Virus record (IMG/VR): IMGVR_UViG_3300044675_005584
Location: 1-64,000 of that record
Reading direction: 5' to 3' (one strand)
From: a virus
DNA length: 64,000 nt
Part shown: positions 10,443-20,148 of the stretch, piece after piece
Layout: each line of letters opens with the position of its first letter
How positions within the stretch are numbered: position 1 is the first letter of the stretch
Made by a program: the position numbers and the translations under genes
Notes under the pieces: generated by a model
What the model was told of the DNA's origin: nothing
Databases searched by the model: none
The model's input: only the letters and a program-made list of their open reading frames with translations

Positions 10443-10958
10443 ATGAGTGAAGCAAATGTCTCAATAGGAAATATAGCCAACGCAGTCTGGTACACAGACA
10501 AAGCAGAAATTGTCACTGGAAATACAGTAGCCTCCTACAACATCTTTGAAGTCAACGTAGCTCAGCCTGTGACTCTGGGCGGATTTGTTGTAAACGGCAA
10601 TGCCGCATTGACCACTACCTATACAGGAGCCAACATTATTGGATGTGCCATAACCGGCACAGGCATAGCGGCCAATACGACCATATCAAGTCAGACCAAA
10701 AATAGTGATTCAGTCACTACCAGTTTCACACTCAGCGCCAATGCCACAGCCAATAACGGTAATGCCGCCAGCTTCTCACAGTTTACTGTGAACTTTCCTG
10801 CTCCGGGCAATATCTACAGTGCGGCTCCACAAGTGGCTGCAAGTTCAAGACAACAGATCTATGTTGGTGCTGGAAATTATCTCACAGTGACCAGCACAGG
10901 TAACACAACAACCACAAGAGAATTGGGCACAGCAAGTTCAGCCACTGCGGCAGGATAA
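10443..10958 (+). CDS. Putative virion structural protein (Ala/Thr/Asn-rich beta)
   Basis: AAGGA RBS; composition typical of fibre/decoration proteins. Confidence 0.5.
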   Translation: MSEANVSIGNIANAVWYTDKAEIVTGNTVASYNIFEVNVAQPVTLGGFVVNGNAALTTTYTGANIIGCAITGTGIAANTTISSQTKNSDSVTTSFTLSANATANNGNAASFSQFTVNFPAPGNIYSAAPQVAASSRQQIYVGAGNYLTVTSTGNTTTTRELGTASSATAAG

Positions 10959-10962
10959 TCCA

Positions 10963-11337
10963 GTGAGAGCCCAAGAGTTTGTTGTTGAGCACAAAAAAGG
11001 AAAAATCACCCGGCGTTTGCAAAATGCTACAGTTGGTTTGCACACCTTTATTGACAACGAATACAAGGATCGTGTATACGAATTGAACCGCGTGATGATG
11101 GCAGTAGCCATGGCTGACGGGTCAGGTGATCCTATAGATATTGACAGCGAATCATGGGCCGGTCGTAATGATATAGCGGCTCCTTATACTGAGCTAGAAG
11201 ATCGAATGATGCATCAGGCATTTAAAGCAATTGGATCCAAGCATAAAGATCTAAATCGTGGCGACACAAGCAGCCAAGAACATCCATCAGTTCACATTGC
11301 CAGTCCTGTACAGGCATTCAAAGGTTACCCTAGATGA
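10963..11337 (+). CDS. Hypothetical protein, paralog A (CTS-like start)
   Basis: MRAQEFVVE start; ends SPVQAFKGYPR. Confidence 0.6.
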   Translation: MRAQEFVVEHKKGKITRRLQNATVGLHTFIDNEYKDRVYELNRVMMAVAMADGSGDPIDIDSESWAGRNDIAAPYTELEDRMMHQAFKAIGSKHKDLNRGDTSSQEHPSVHIASPVQAFKGYPR

Positions 11338-11720
11338 GAGCACGAGAGTTTATCACTGAAGAACAACGGTTGCCGCCCGAGCAAGCGGACCCAATGCGTC
11401 AAACTTTTCTACTTCCTGGCTTGAGTTCTGATGCACCATATCAAACTTATAGATTTGGCATGGCCATGGCCCGTGCCAGGAGCAATGCAATCAAGGACAA
11501 TATAAATCCTTATATGTTGTCTTGGAATCAAGAAGAAGTCTTTGGCAATCATGCTGTAGTAGCCGGTATAGACAGTAATGTAGATCCCATCATAGATCAA
11601 GCATTACAAATGACTCAGACTCCAGGCGGAAAACAATTGATAGGCGATGCCCACAGTCATGAACCTCCTGGCATTGACACAACCAGTCCTGTTACAGCAT
11701 TCAAAGGCTATCCAAGGTAA
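11334..11720 (+). CDS. Hypothetical protein, paralog B (CTS-like start)
   Basis: MRAREFITE start; ends SPVTAFKGYPR. Confidence 0.6.
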   Translation: MRAREFITEEQRLPPEQADPMRQTFLLPGLSSDAPYQTYRFGMAMARARSNAIKDNINPYMLSWNQEEVFGNHAVVAGIDSNVDPIIDQALQMTQTPGGKQLIGDAHSHEPPGIDTTSPVTAFKGYPR

Positions 11721-11727
11721 ATATTGG

Positions 11728-12165
11728 ATGAAAAAACTACTCCTACTTTTACTGATTGTTCCTGCTCTAGTCACAGCACAACCCCGACAACGTCCTGGAG
11801 TAACATACGATGCAGTTATTACTCGAGTAATCGACGGTGACACCGTGGCTTTTCAAGCCTCCTTTCTACCAGCACCACTCAAAAAAGAACTCAGCATTAG
11901 AGTTTTTGGCGTAGACACTCCTGAAAAAGGATTCCGCGCCCAGTGTGAAAGTGAAAAGCAACGAGGAGAAGCGGCATCGGCATTTACAAAACAAGCCATT
12001 GCTCAGGCAACTCAACGGCAGATTGTGCTGATTGACTGGGACAAATATGGCGGTCGTGTGCTAGGAGATGTGCTGTTAAACGGACAGAGCCTACGTCAAA
12101 TGCTTATTGCCAACGGTTTTGCACGTGAATATTACGGCGAAGCAAAGCAAAGCTGGTGTAATTAG
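11728..12165 (+). CDS. Thermonuclease (SNase-like) with signal peptide
   Basis: MKKLLLLLLIVPALVTA signal; RVIDGDT, IRVFGVDTPE, DKYGGRVLG motifs; start reassigned from 11647. Confidence 0.85.
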   Translation: MKKLLLLLLIVPALVTAQPRQRPGVTYDAVITRVIDGDTVAFQASFLPAPLKKELSIRVFGVDTPEKGFRAQCESEKQRGEAASAFTKQAIAQATQRQIVLIDWDKYGGRVLGDVLLNGQSLRQMLIANGFAREYYGEAKQSWCN

Positions 12166-12234
12166 ACTAAATAAGGGTGTAGTTCGCGGAAGTGGAATTC
12201 CCAACTACTCTAACGCTTATAAGGAGCAATCAGC

Positions 12235-12915
12235 GTGGATATTTACCACTACACTTATCAAATCACAAACAAGATCAATGGCCATATCTATGTTGGCGTA
12301 AGGCAATCGAAAGTTATTCCAACCGACGATACCAGCTATATGGGATCAGGCAATGCTATTAAAGCTGCTATCTTAAAATATGGAATACAGAACTTTGAAA
12401 AAACTATCATTTCACTTTACGAGAGTAGAGAAGAAGCATTAGTTGCCGAAGCCGCAATAGTAATTTTAGAGTTCGTTCAAAGAAAAGACACATATAATCT
12501 AAAACTTGGAGGTAAAGGTGGTTCCTTGAAAGGAAGACCTGTTTCAGACAAAACTAGGCAAAAAATATCCAAAGCTAATACAGGAAAATATATGCCACCT
12601 TTTTCTGAAGAGCATAAACGAAAAATGTCTGAGTCTATGAAAGGAAGGTCCACTCATAACAAAGGAAAATCCCCATCTGAAGAAACTAAAAGAAAAATGT
12701 CAGAGTCTGGAAAAAGACGAAACCCTATGTCTGAGGAAACCCGACAAAAATTATCCAAGGTAGGAAAAGGAAGACCTCATTCTGAAGAACATAAACGAAA
12801 AATATCTGAATCGAAACAAGGAAATCGCAGAAAGCCATTTTCAGAAGAGCATAAGAAAAAAATATCAGAAGCTCATAAGAAAAAATTATTATCCGCAGTA
12901 AGCACCGAGGCATAA
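12235..12915 (+). CDS. GIY-YIG homing endonuclease (Seg-like) with NUMOD3 repeats
   Basis: [28 protein letters not shown]; repeated SEE(H/T)KRKMSE; AT-rich. Confidence 0.9.
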   Translation: MDIYHYTYQITNKINGHIYVGVRQSKVIPTDDTSYMGSGNAIKAAILKYGIQNFEKTIISLYESREEALVAEAAIVILEFVQRKDTYNLKLGGKGGSLKGRPVSDKTRQKISKANTGKYMPPFSEEHKRKMSESMKGRSTHNKGKSPSEETKRKMSESGKRRNPMSEETRQKLSKVGKGRPHSEEHKRKISESKQGNRRKPFSEEHKKKISEAHKKKLLSAVSTEA

Positions 12916-12922
12916 TTACAGT

Positions 12923-14059
12923 ATGACCAACTTCTATTGCGCAGCCCCCTGGCGGGGCTTGCATATCAACCCGCGCGGTGATGTAAAAACCTGCTGTGCT
13001 GGCAATCCCAACATGCTGGGCAATCTCAATACACAAACCATTGAACAGATACTTAATAGTTCGCTTATGGCCAAAATCCGCACCAGTCTGGCACAGGGCA
13101 AACCGCATGACTACTGTTCTAATTGTGTGAGAGCAGAAAGATTTGGTGCTGACAGCGAACGGCAATGGCACAACAATGTGAATCCTGGCTTTGACTATGC
13201 CACAGCCGGAGATCAATACCACTATCCTGTGATTGTAGATGTACGCTGGAACACCACTTGTAATCTGAGTTGTAACTACTGTGGCGAAGCATGCAGTAGC
13301 AAATGGGCCGCAATCAAAGGTATTCCATTCAAGTCCGGAGCAAGACCTTATTACGATGCAGTATGTGATTTTATTGCTGAACATTACGAACACATACATG
13401 AAGTGGCCTTGGTTGGTGGCGAACCTTTGTTGTTGCCAGAAAACGAACGTCTGCTAGATGTCATACCCCAGGATGCCATAGTTACACTGATTACTAATCT
13501 CAGTGTTGATTTAGAAAACAATAAAATTTTTAAAAAGCTATGCAATAGATCCCGGGTAGGCTGGAGTATGAGTTTTGACAACACAGGTGATCGACTGGAA
13601 TATGTCAGACACGGAGCCAAATGGGATCAAATACAGCAAAACTTGTCCACTATCAAAGGACTTATGAAGTCGCAAGGCCAATGGGGCGGCATACATGCAG
13701 TATACAATATTTACAATGCCACACGCATTTGTGAGTTGCGTGAGTTTGCTGAACAAACCGGAACCACTGTGCTATGGCAAAACTTGTTTCAACCCGAATA
13801 TCTTGATCCGTTTTTGCATGGACCCAGAGTTGCGCTAGAGGCCATTGCCGAGATTGAACGTTTTTATGCCATGAACATTGCAACACCCGCAGAAAAATCA
13901 TTCTTTGATCAGGCCTTGACCAATTATCATGCTGTGACCCAAGCCAGAAACGGCATTGAACACCAGTTTGCACAACATATTCAACGGATTGAAACCCAAT
14001 ATCACCCTGCCACACAAGGACAGTTTGCCCGATTGTGGCCTGAACTGGCAACGCTATGA
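12923..14059 (+). CDS. Radical SAM protein with N-terminal SPASM/twitch-like domain
   Basis: CNLSCNYC cluster motif, GGEP; N-terminal CAAPW...G.VKTCC...CSNC. Confidence 0.88.
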   Translation: MTNFYCAAPWRGLHINPRGDVKTCCAGNPNMLGNLNTQTIEQILNSSLMAKIRTSLAQGKPHDYCSNCVRAERFGADSERQWHNNVNPGFDYATAGDQYHYPVIVDVRWNTTCNLSCNYCGEACSSKWAAIKGIPFKSGARPYYDAVCDFIAEHYEHIHEVALVGGEPLLLPENERLLDVIPQDAIVTLITNLSVDLENNKIFKKLCNRSRVGWSMSFDNTGDRLEYVRHGAKWDQIQQNLSTIKGLMKSQGQWGGIHAVYNIYNATRICELREFAEQTGTTVLWQNLFQPEYLDPFLHGPRVALEAIAEIERFYAMNIATPAEKSFFDQALTNYHAVTQARNGIEHQFAQHIQRIETQYHPATQGQFARLWPELATL

Positions 14060-15195
14060 CAATCTTAAAGAGCCCTACATTTTGTTCTGCACCCTGGACC
14101 AGTTTAAATATTGATCAAACTGGTCGAGTAAGTCCTTGCTTTCACTGCCGTAGTGTGGTAGGCAATATCAAAGAGACGTCTATTCAAGAAGTTATCCATG
14201 GACCTGCATTAACAAGCATGCGCGAACACATGGCTCGTGGAGAATGGTACCCAGGATGTAGCTGGTGCAAAGAACTTGAAGAAACCACAGGCGTCAGTGG
14301 GCGTACAGTTCGATCTGCAAGCGAGCAAACTTTGAAAGCTATCGAGCATGATCCAGTTGATTATTTTGAACTACAACACATTGTGGTCAACTGGAGCAAT
14401 TTGTGCAATCTTGCCTGTACCTATTGCAATCCCGATACCAGTACAGCCTGGCAAAGCATCAAGGGTATTCCTATTAACCATGTCAAAAACGAACATCCAG
14501 ATTTAATTGAATTGATTCAAACACAAGGACACACTGTAAAAGGGCTGGCATTGGGTGGTGGTGAACCGCTTTTGCAAAAAGGTCTCGTGGATTTTTTGCA
14601 ATATCTTGTGCCCGAGCAGGTGCAAGTGTTGGTTACGACTAATCTCAGCATTGACATTACCAACAACCCCATATACAATGAACTACGCACCTGGCCAGGA
14701 GTACAGTGGCAAATCAGTTTTGACAATGTCAACAAAGATAAATTTGAATATGTCCGACATGGTGCCACGTGGGAAACTTTTGTTGACAATATTAAAATCA
14801 TGAAACAGCATGGGCAACGTGTAGTGGCACATCCTGCATATAGCATATATTGTGCTATGGATTTGGTTGAGTATTATGAATTTTGTATTGCGTACCAACT
14901 TGATTTATTCTGGTGCGAACTGATACATCCACAACATCTGGATGTAAGACGCTATTCAGAGTCAATACGACAACAAGCCATTGCGGAAATTGATCGAGTG
15001 GTGGAAAAATACAGTGATCATAAGAATCTGGCCATAGACACCTTGAAACGTTACCGTATGACCCTGGTAGACAATAGTTATCTTTATAAATTTCCAGAGT
15101 TTAACCCTCCACAGTTTCATGAAACAAAGGAACGAGAACTAAAAACAGCGCATACATTTGCACAACTATGGCCAGAACTGGAAAATCAAATATGA
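14056..15195 (+). CDS. Radical SAM protein with N-terminal SPASM/twitch-like domain (paralog)
   Basis: CNLACTYC, GGGEP, CSAPW...CSWC; ends FAQLWPEL like its neighbour. Confidence 0.88.
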   Translation: MTILKSPTFCSAPWTSLNIDQTGRVSPCFHCRSVVGNIKETSIQEVIHGPALTSMREHMARGEWYPGCSWCKELEETTGVSGRTVRSASEQTLKAIEHDPVDYFELQHIVVNWSNLCNLACTYCNPDTSTAWQSIKGIPINHVKNEHPDLIELIQTQGHTVKGLALGGGEPLLQKGLVDFLQYLVPEQVQVLVTTNLSIDITNNPIYNELRTWPGVQWQISFDNVNKDKFEYVRHGATWETFVDNIKIMKQHGQRVVAHPAYSIYCAMDLVEYYEFCIAYQLDLFWCELIHPQHLDVRRYSESIRQQAIAEIDRVVEKYSDHKNLAIDTLKRYRMTLVDNSYLYKFPEFNPPQFHETKERELKTAHTFAQLWPELENQI

Positions 15196-16034
15196 CAAAC
15201 AATACTACTGAATCATCGGGCTTTGCAATTGAAATGGCCAACCCTAGTCAAGCAAGTTTAAAAGCAACTCAGCTGGACATTCCAGAACATAGTGGAAAAC
15301 ATCACGTCAATCAAACGCTAGAGTGGCTACCCACTGATACTAAAGAAAACTATGAAAAACTAATACAGGATCCAGAGCATCGTGCCTATTTTTCAGAACA
15401 AGGGTGGGATCAGCCTGGCGCAATCACTTATCGATTTAATAGTCACGGATTCCGTGCTGATGAATTTGATGGCGGCCCATATATGGTTGCTCTAGGATGT
15501 AGTTACACCATAGGGATTGGTCTACCCAATTCAGTGACCTGGCCTCAACAGACAGCCACAGCTATGGGACTTAAATGTGCCAACCTGGCATGGGGAGGAT
15601 ACAGTGCAGATTCTTGTTATCGCCTGGCTGAGTATTGGATTCCTGAACTCCGACCCAAATATGTATGCATGCTGGTACCACCCAGTCATAGAGTAGAAGT
15701 GCTTTTGGATGCTGGGGATCCATTGGTAATGCCTCACCAGTCTCTATTTGAAATTTTTATGCCACAAAATAAAAGTCAACTGTACAATCCCAATGATCAT
15801 TATCTCAAACATTGGTTTTTAAATGATGAAAATGCCATGGTAAACCAGCGTAAGAATATTCGAGCTATATATCAATTGTGTGCAGAATTTGATATACCAT
15901 GTACCATATTAGATGCTGTCGAACACATGTGTTGGAGTCGCGAAGAAATTGGCTATGCTAGAGATTTTTTACACGGTGGTCCCAGGATTCATAAAATACT
16001 TGCAGAAAAATTTGTAAATGCCTACACCAAATAA
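15192..16034 (+). CDS. SGNH/GDSL-like hydrolase-fold protein
   Basis: NSHGFR, LGCSYTIG, NLAWGG, RDFLHGG block motifs; ATG overlaps upstream stop. Confidence 0.6.
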   Translation: MTNNTTESSGFAIEMANPSQASLKATQLDIPEHSGKHHVNQTLEWLPTDTKENYEKLIQDPEHRAYFSEQGWDQPGAITYRFNSHGFRADEFDGGPYMVALGCSYTIGIGLPNSVTWPQQTATAMGLKCANLAWGGYSADSCYRLAEYWIPELRPKYVCMLVPPSHRVEVLLDAGDPLVMPHQSLFEIFMPQNKSQLYNPNDHYLKHWFLNDENAMVNQRKNIRAIYQLCAEFDIPCTILDAVEHMCWSREEIGYARDFLHGGPRIHKILAEKFVNAYTK

Positions 16035-17583
16035 CACTGAAAGTGTACTGGTCAAAGCACCATACCGTCGCACAGTATTCACGGAACAGCAATTGGCCGA
16101 GTTTATCGCCTGTGCTGATCCTGAGACTGGTCCAGAGTATTTCATGGATAACTTCTTTCATATACAACATCCTACTCGAGGAAAAATGTTGTATCATCCG
16201 TTTGAATATCAAAAACGCCTGATCCACACCTATCACAACTACAGATTCAGCATCAGCATGATGCCCAGGCAAACTGGTAAAAGTACCAGTGCTGCTGGGT
16301 ACCTGTTATGGATGGCCATGTTTCACCCAGATTCAACCATCCTGATCGCCGCACACAAGTACACTGGCTCACAGGAGATCATGCAACGTATCCGTTATGC
16401 TTATGAACTGTGCCCAGATCATATTAGAGCTGGAGTGACCAGCTACAACAAAGGTAACCTAGACTTTGAAAACGGATCAAGAATAGTATCAACTACCACA
16501 ACTGAAAACACTGGCCGGGGTATGAGTATATCACTCTTGTACTGTGACGAGTTTGCGTTTGTGCGACCCACTATAGCTAAAGAATTTTGGACATCCATAA
16601 GCCCTACCTTGGCAACTGGTGGTAAGGCAATTATTACAAGTACACCAAACAGTGATGAAGATCAATTTGCCCTGCTTTGGAAGGGTGCTAACAAGTGTGA
16701 AGATAGCTATGGTAATCCTACAGAAATGGGCGTGAATGGATTCCGAGCATATCGCAGTTACTGGAATGAACATCCTGATCGTGATGAGACCTGGGCCTCG
16801 GAACAACGGGCACAACTGGGCGACGATCGATTCAGACGTGAAATGGGCTGTGAATTTTTAATCTTTGATGAGACCTTGATTGCACCAGCCAAACTGGTTG
16901 AAATGACTGGCTCAGAACCCACTCACATGATGGGACAGGTACGCTGGTATCAAACACCCAAGAAAGATAGAATCTACACAGTTGCTCTAGATCCCAGTCT
17001 GGGCACCGGCGGAGACAATGCAGCCATACAGGTATTTGAAGCCAACACCACCGAACAGATTGCTGAATGGAAACACAATCGCACACCTATACCCGAACAG
17101 ATCCGGTTGTTGGCGTCTATATGTAATCACCTAAACGAAACTGTACAAAATCCAGAAAGCATATACTACAGCGTGGAAAACAATACCATTGGTGAAGCGG
17201 CCTTGATCAGTATAAATCAGTATGGCGAAGAAAATATCAAAGGATACTTTTTGTCCGACCGAAGCAATAACAGTTACCGGAAAGGGTTTAACACCACAAA
17301 CAAGAGCAAACTCACTGCCTGTAGCAAGTTAAAAACTCTGATTGAAACGGGCAAAATGAAAGTACGCAGTAGATCTTTGATCAGCGAGCTCAAAACCTTT
17401 GTAGCAAGTGGACTGGGATATGCAGCCAAAGTGGGCGAATCAGATGATTTGGTCATGAGTACAATCCTGGCAGTAAGAATGATGCAACAGTTACAGGGCT
17501 ATCACCCAGAAATGGACAAACAGTTGCGAGATTTTGCTGATACCTACATACCTCCTATGCCGTTCATAGCAACCATGCGCTAA
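16018..17583 (+). CDS. Terminase large subunit (T4 gp17-like)
   Basis: PRQTGKS Walker A, LLYCDEFAF Walker B, TSTPN, C-terminal nuclease DPSLG...VENN...DDLVM. Confidence 0.95.
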   Translation: MPTPNNTESVLVKAPYRRTVFTEQQLAEFIACADPETGPEYFMDNFFHIQHPTRGKMLYHPFEYQKRLIHTYHNYRFSISMMPRQTGKSTSAAGYLLWMAMFHPDSTILIAAHKYTGSQEIMQRIRYAYELCPDHIRAGVTSYNKGNLDFENGSRIVSTTTTENTGRGMSISLLYCDEFAFVRPTIAKEFWTSISPTLATGGKAIITSTPNSDEDQFALLWKGANKCEDSYGNPTEMGVNGFRAYRSYWNEHPDRDETWASEQRAQLGDDRFRREMGCEFLIFDETLIAPAKLVEMTGSEPTHMMGQVRWYQTPKKDRIYTVALDPSLGTGGDNAAIQVFEANTTEQIAEWKHNRTPIPEQIRLLASICNHLNETVQNPESIYYSVENNTIGEAALISINQYGEENIKGYFLSDRSNNSYRKGFNTTNKSKLTACSKLKTLIETGKMKVRSRSLISELKTFVASGLGYAAKVGESDDLVMSTILAVRMMQQLQGYHPEMDKQLRDFADTYIPPMPFIATMR

Positions 17584-17593
17584 ATACAACACC

Positions 17594-19954
17594 ATGGCAA
17601 AAGAAACCACAGAAAAGAAACTCTACGATCTACTAGCAACCAGAGATTACGAAAACTTCCAGGCCCTAGATAGTCGCACTGGAAAAGTACCCACCAACCC
17701 ACAAACCGGTGCGCAAGATGTCAGCCAGGCTGATATGTTTGTGTTTGACTGGAGTAGCAGCCGCGGCAAACATTATGGCACCGCAGTTATATTGCTAACT
17801 CCTCAACACGAACTAGAACTGTACTTTGGTGACAACCTGGGCAAGACCATGGAAGATCCCGACGACAAAAACGAATGGTTTGCGTTCATGGAGCAACTGA
17901 GACATTTTGCCACAAGAACAAACTTCAACGGATTTAGACCCTTGAACATCAATCAGCTTAGACACAGCCTACAAGGCCAGGCTGCAATCAAGGAAGGCCT
18001 ATTTGAAAGCTGGCAAGGTCGTAAAAACATGAGCTGGAGTGCTGGTCCTACAGAAGCTAGATTAATGATCAAACACAAACGTAACCTGGACGAAACAGAT
18101 GCTAGACATTTGTATATTGAAAGCCTGTTTATTGAAACAGCCGAAGGTGAGCGTTACAAATTACCATTTAACAAACTGACAGGTGGCCGTGCCATGCTGG
18201 AGCATGTGCGCCAAGGTGGCAGACCCTACGACATCCGTGGACAGCATATAACTGACATAGTAGAAGAACTCAACGTGCTGGGTCGCTTTGAACGAAGTGT
18301 TGCCAGAGAAACTGTACTAGAAGGCGATACTGCCCAGTTGGTATCAGAAGCCGCTGTGTATCGCAAAACGCTAAAAGAAAATCTTAAAAGACTAGGAACC
18401 GGTCGTGGATATGCCACTTACTTTGAATCATGGAATCCGGTAGAACTGACCGAACAGGATGTGGTGATTGAAAGTTTAAAACACATGTTTGTCAAACAGA
18501 CATTAGACGCAAGGATTGAGCAGGCACTGCCCGTGTTAGCTCGTATACAACAACAAGGAAACGCTATGAAAGAAGCTAACATATTTGAAGCCTGGGCTGA
18601 ACGCCTGGTAGAAGGAACCTGGAGCACTCCAGATTCTCCAGAAGCCCAACAAAAATTATTGGACTTGATGAGTAAGGAATTGCCAGTGGGTGCTGATGCT
18701 ACCAACGCCACTGAGCAGTTGTATGACTTGTTGGGCGATGACAAATTGTTTGATTTACTAGAATCTTTAGCCCAACAAGATCCCAATGCTGACTGCCGTC
18801 AGGTGATACTGGACCGCATGCAAGAACTCAGCGACAATCCTGATGTGCGTGAGGTGCTTGAACAGTTGAACATTGATGCTGATGCCACAATGAATCCTCC
18901 AGAAAGCATGCCTGCTGATCTAGGTGACGAGGAACAAGCCATGGCTGAAGGATCAGATCACAGCCTTAAAAAAGTTTTTGATCGATATGCCAGACATCTT
19001 CCAGCTTCACGTGGTGATACTTCCGATGTCGATCAAATGATGCGTAGTAGTAAAATTTTGAAAGATATTACAAAATACGTAAGAGATAACTACGGCGAAG
19101 ATGCGGTAGACAACATGGAACGTTACGCCAATCGGCAACCTGGCGTGACTGAAGATGCAGTCAGATCTCTACGCAGAGCCGCTGGCCTAACCGAAGGTCG
19201 CATGCTGGACGAAGATAAATCAAAACTTGATCATATCCTGGATCGTTTCAAATATGAAGTTCGCAACTTTGAACAAGGTGGCGATTTAGACGACGATTTA
19301 TATGATGCCTTGTTTGACTACTATATGGACACTGGTGACATGCCGTATGGCACAGCCAAGGCACGTGATGGCGATCCATATGAATGGGTAGCACAGAACC
19401 TAGAAAGCCATTTACGTGGCGGTGGTATCATTGGTGGTGTTCCTGATGAAGACTACGGTCTTGAGCGTGAAAGTGCAGGCGACTATGCACCAGAAGAAAT
19501 CCGTTCCGCACACAGCGTGGATGGTGGCATGGACAATTCAATCTTGTACGATGACTCCACTTGTAACATGACCGAAGCTGGTGAAGCATGTCCAGTACAC
19601 GGTGTCCAAGAGTGCTGGGGATCTATGGCCAATGAAGGAGAATTGGGCACAGCCGTTGGTGCTGGCCTTGGAGGCACATTTGGTGGACTTCCTGGGGCTG
19701 CTATCGGTGGTACAGCCGGGCACCTTTTAACCAAAGACGAAACTGACGAAGGCACCAATTCGGATAACATAAAAAATTCAGCAGTTGGTGGACTTGCATG
19801 GGGAGCTGGAGCCACAGCCGCACAGGCCGCACTCAGTGCATTGGAAGAAAAATCACCCTTAGCTGGCCAGTATGGTCACTCGGGCAAGATGAAGGAAGTG
19901 GATAAAGACACCAGTTTCTTGGATCGCCTAAAAACACTTTCTGGAATGAAATAG
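17594..19954 (+). CDS. Large acidic multi-segment head/core protein
   Basis: 786-aa ORF after a TAAATA promoter; many hydrophobic-x-E sites; internal RBS + ATG at 18566. Confidence 0.55.
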   Translation: MAKETTEKKLYDLLATRDYENFQALDSRTGKVPTNPQTGAQDVSQADMFVFDWSSSRGKHYGTAVILLTPQHELELYFGDNLGKTMEDPDDKNEWFAFMEQLRHFATRTNFNGFRPLNINQLRHSLQGQAAIKEGLFESWQGRKNMSWSAGPTEARLMIKHKRNLDETDARHLYIESLFIETAEGERYKLPFNKLTGGRAMLEHVRQGGRPYDIRGQHITDIVEELNVLGRFERSVARETVLEGDTAQLVSEAAVYRKTLKENLKRLGTGRGYATYFESWNPVELTEQDVVIESLKHMFVKQTLDARIEQALPVLARIQQQGNAMKEANIFEAWAERLVEGTWSTPDSPEAQQKLLDLMSKELPVGADATNATEQLYDLLGDDKLFDLLESLAQQDPNADCRQVILDRMQELSDNPDVREVLEQLNIDADATMNPPESMPADLGDEEQAMAEGSDHSLKKVFDRYARHLPASRGDTSDVDQMMRSSKILKDITKYVRDNYGEDAVDNMERYANRQPGVTEDAVRSLRRAAGLTEGRMLDEDKSKLDHILDRFKYEVRNFEQGGDLDDDLYDALFDYYMDTGDMPYGTAKARDGDPYEWVAQNLESHLRGGGIIGGVPDEDYGLERESAGDYAPEEIRSAHSVDGGMDNSILYDDSTCNMTEAGEACPVHGVQECWGSMANEGELGTAVGAGLGGTFGGLPGAAIGGTAGHLLTKDETDEGTNSDNIKNSAVGGLAWGAGATAAQAALSALEEKSPLAGQYGHSGKMKEVDKDTSFLDRLKTLSGMK

Positions 19955-20148
19955 TCATAAATACTCTTGCAATAAAAAGTAGTGCATGCTATAATAACAC
20001 ATGCGCCCGACAGGCAACCCAAATAAAAAAAGTAATTTAACCAGTTTTGTAGCAAACACAATCAGTGATGTGTATAATAACACTGTAGGCAACCATTTAA
20101 GGCAACTTAAATCAATCATATTAAATCAACTCGGAAAGGCAACATAAT

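Noticed and set aside
11647-11727. Upstream extended starts in the ORF track (also 45191, 55541, 61806, 31219)
   Set aside because: They overlap upstream genes or promoters; downstream ATGs have better RBS/promoter context and give canonical N-termini
16018-17583. Intein in terminase
   Set aside because: Length (521 aa) and motif spacing are normal, with no Hint motifs
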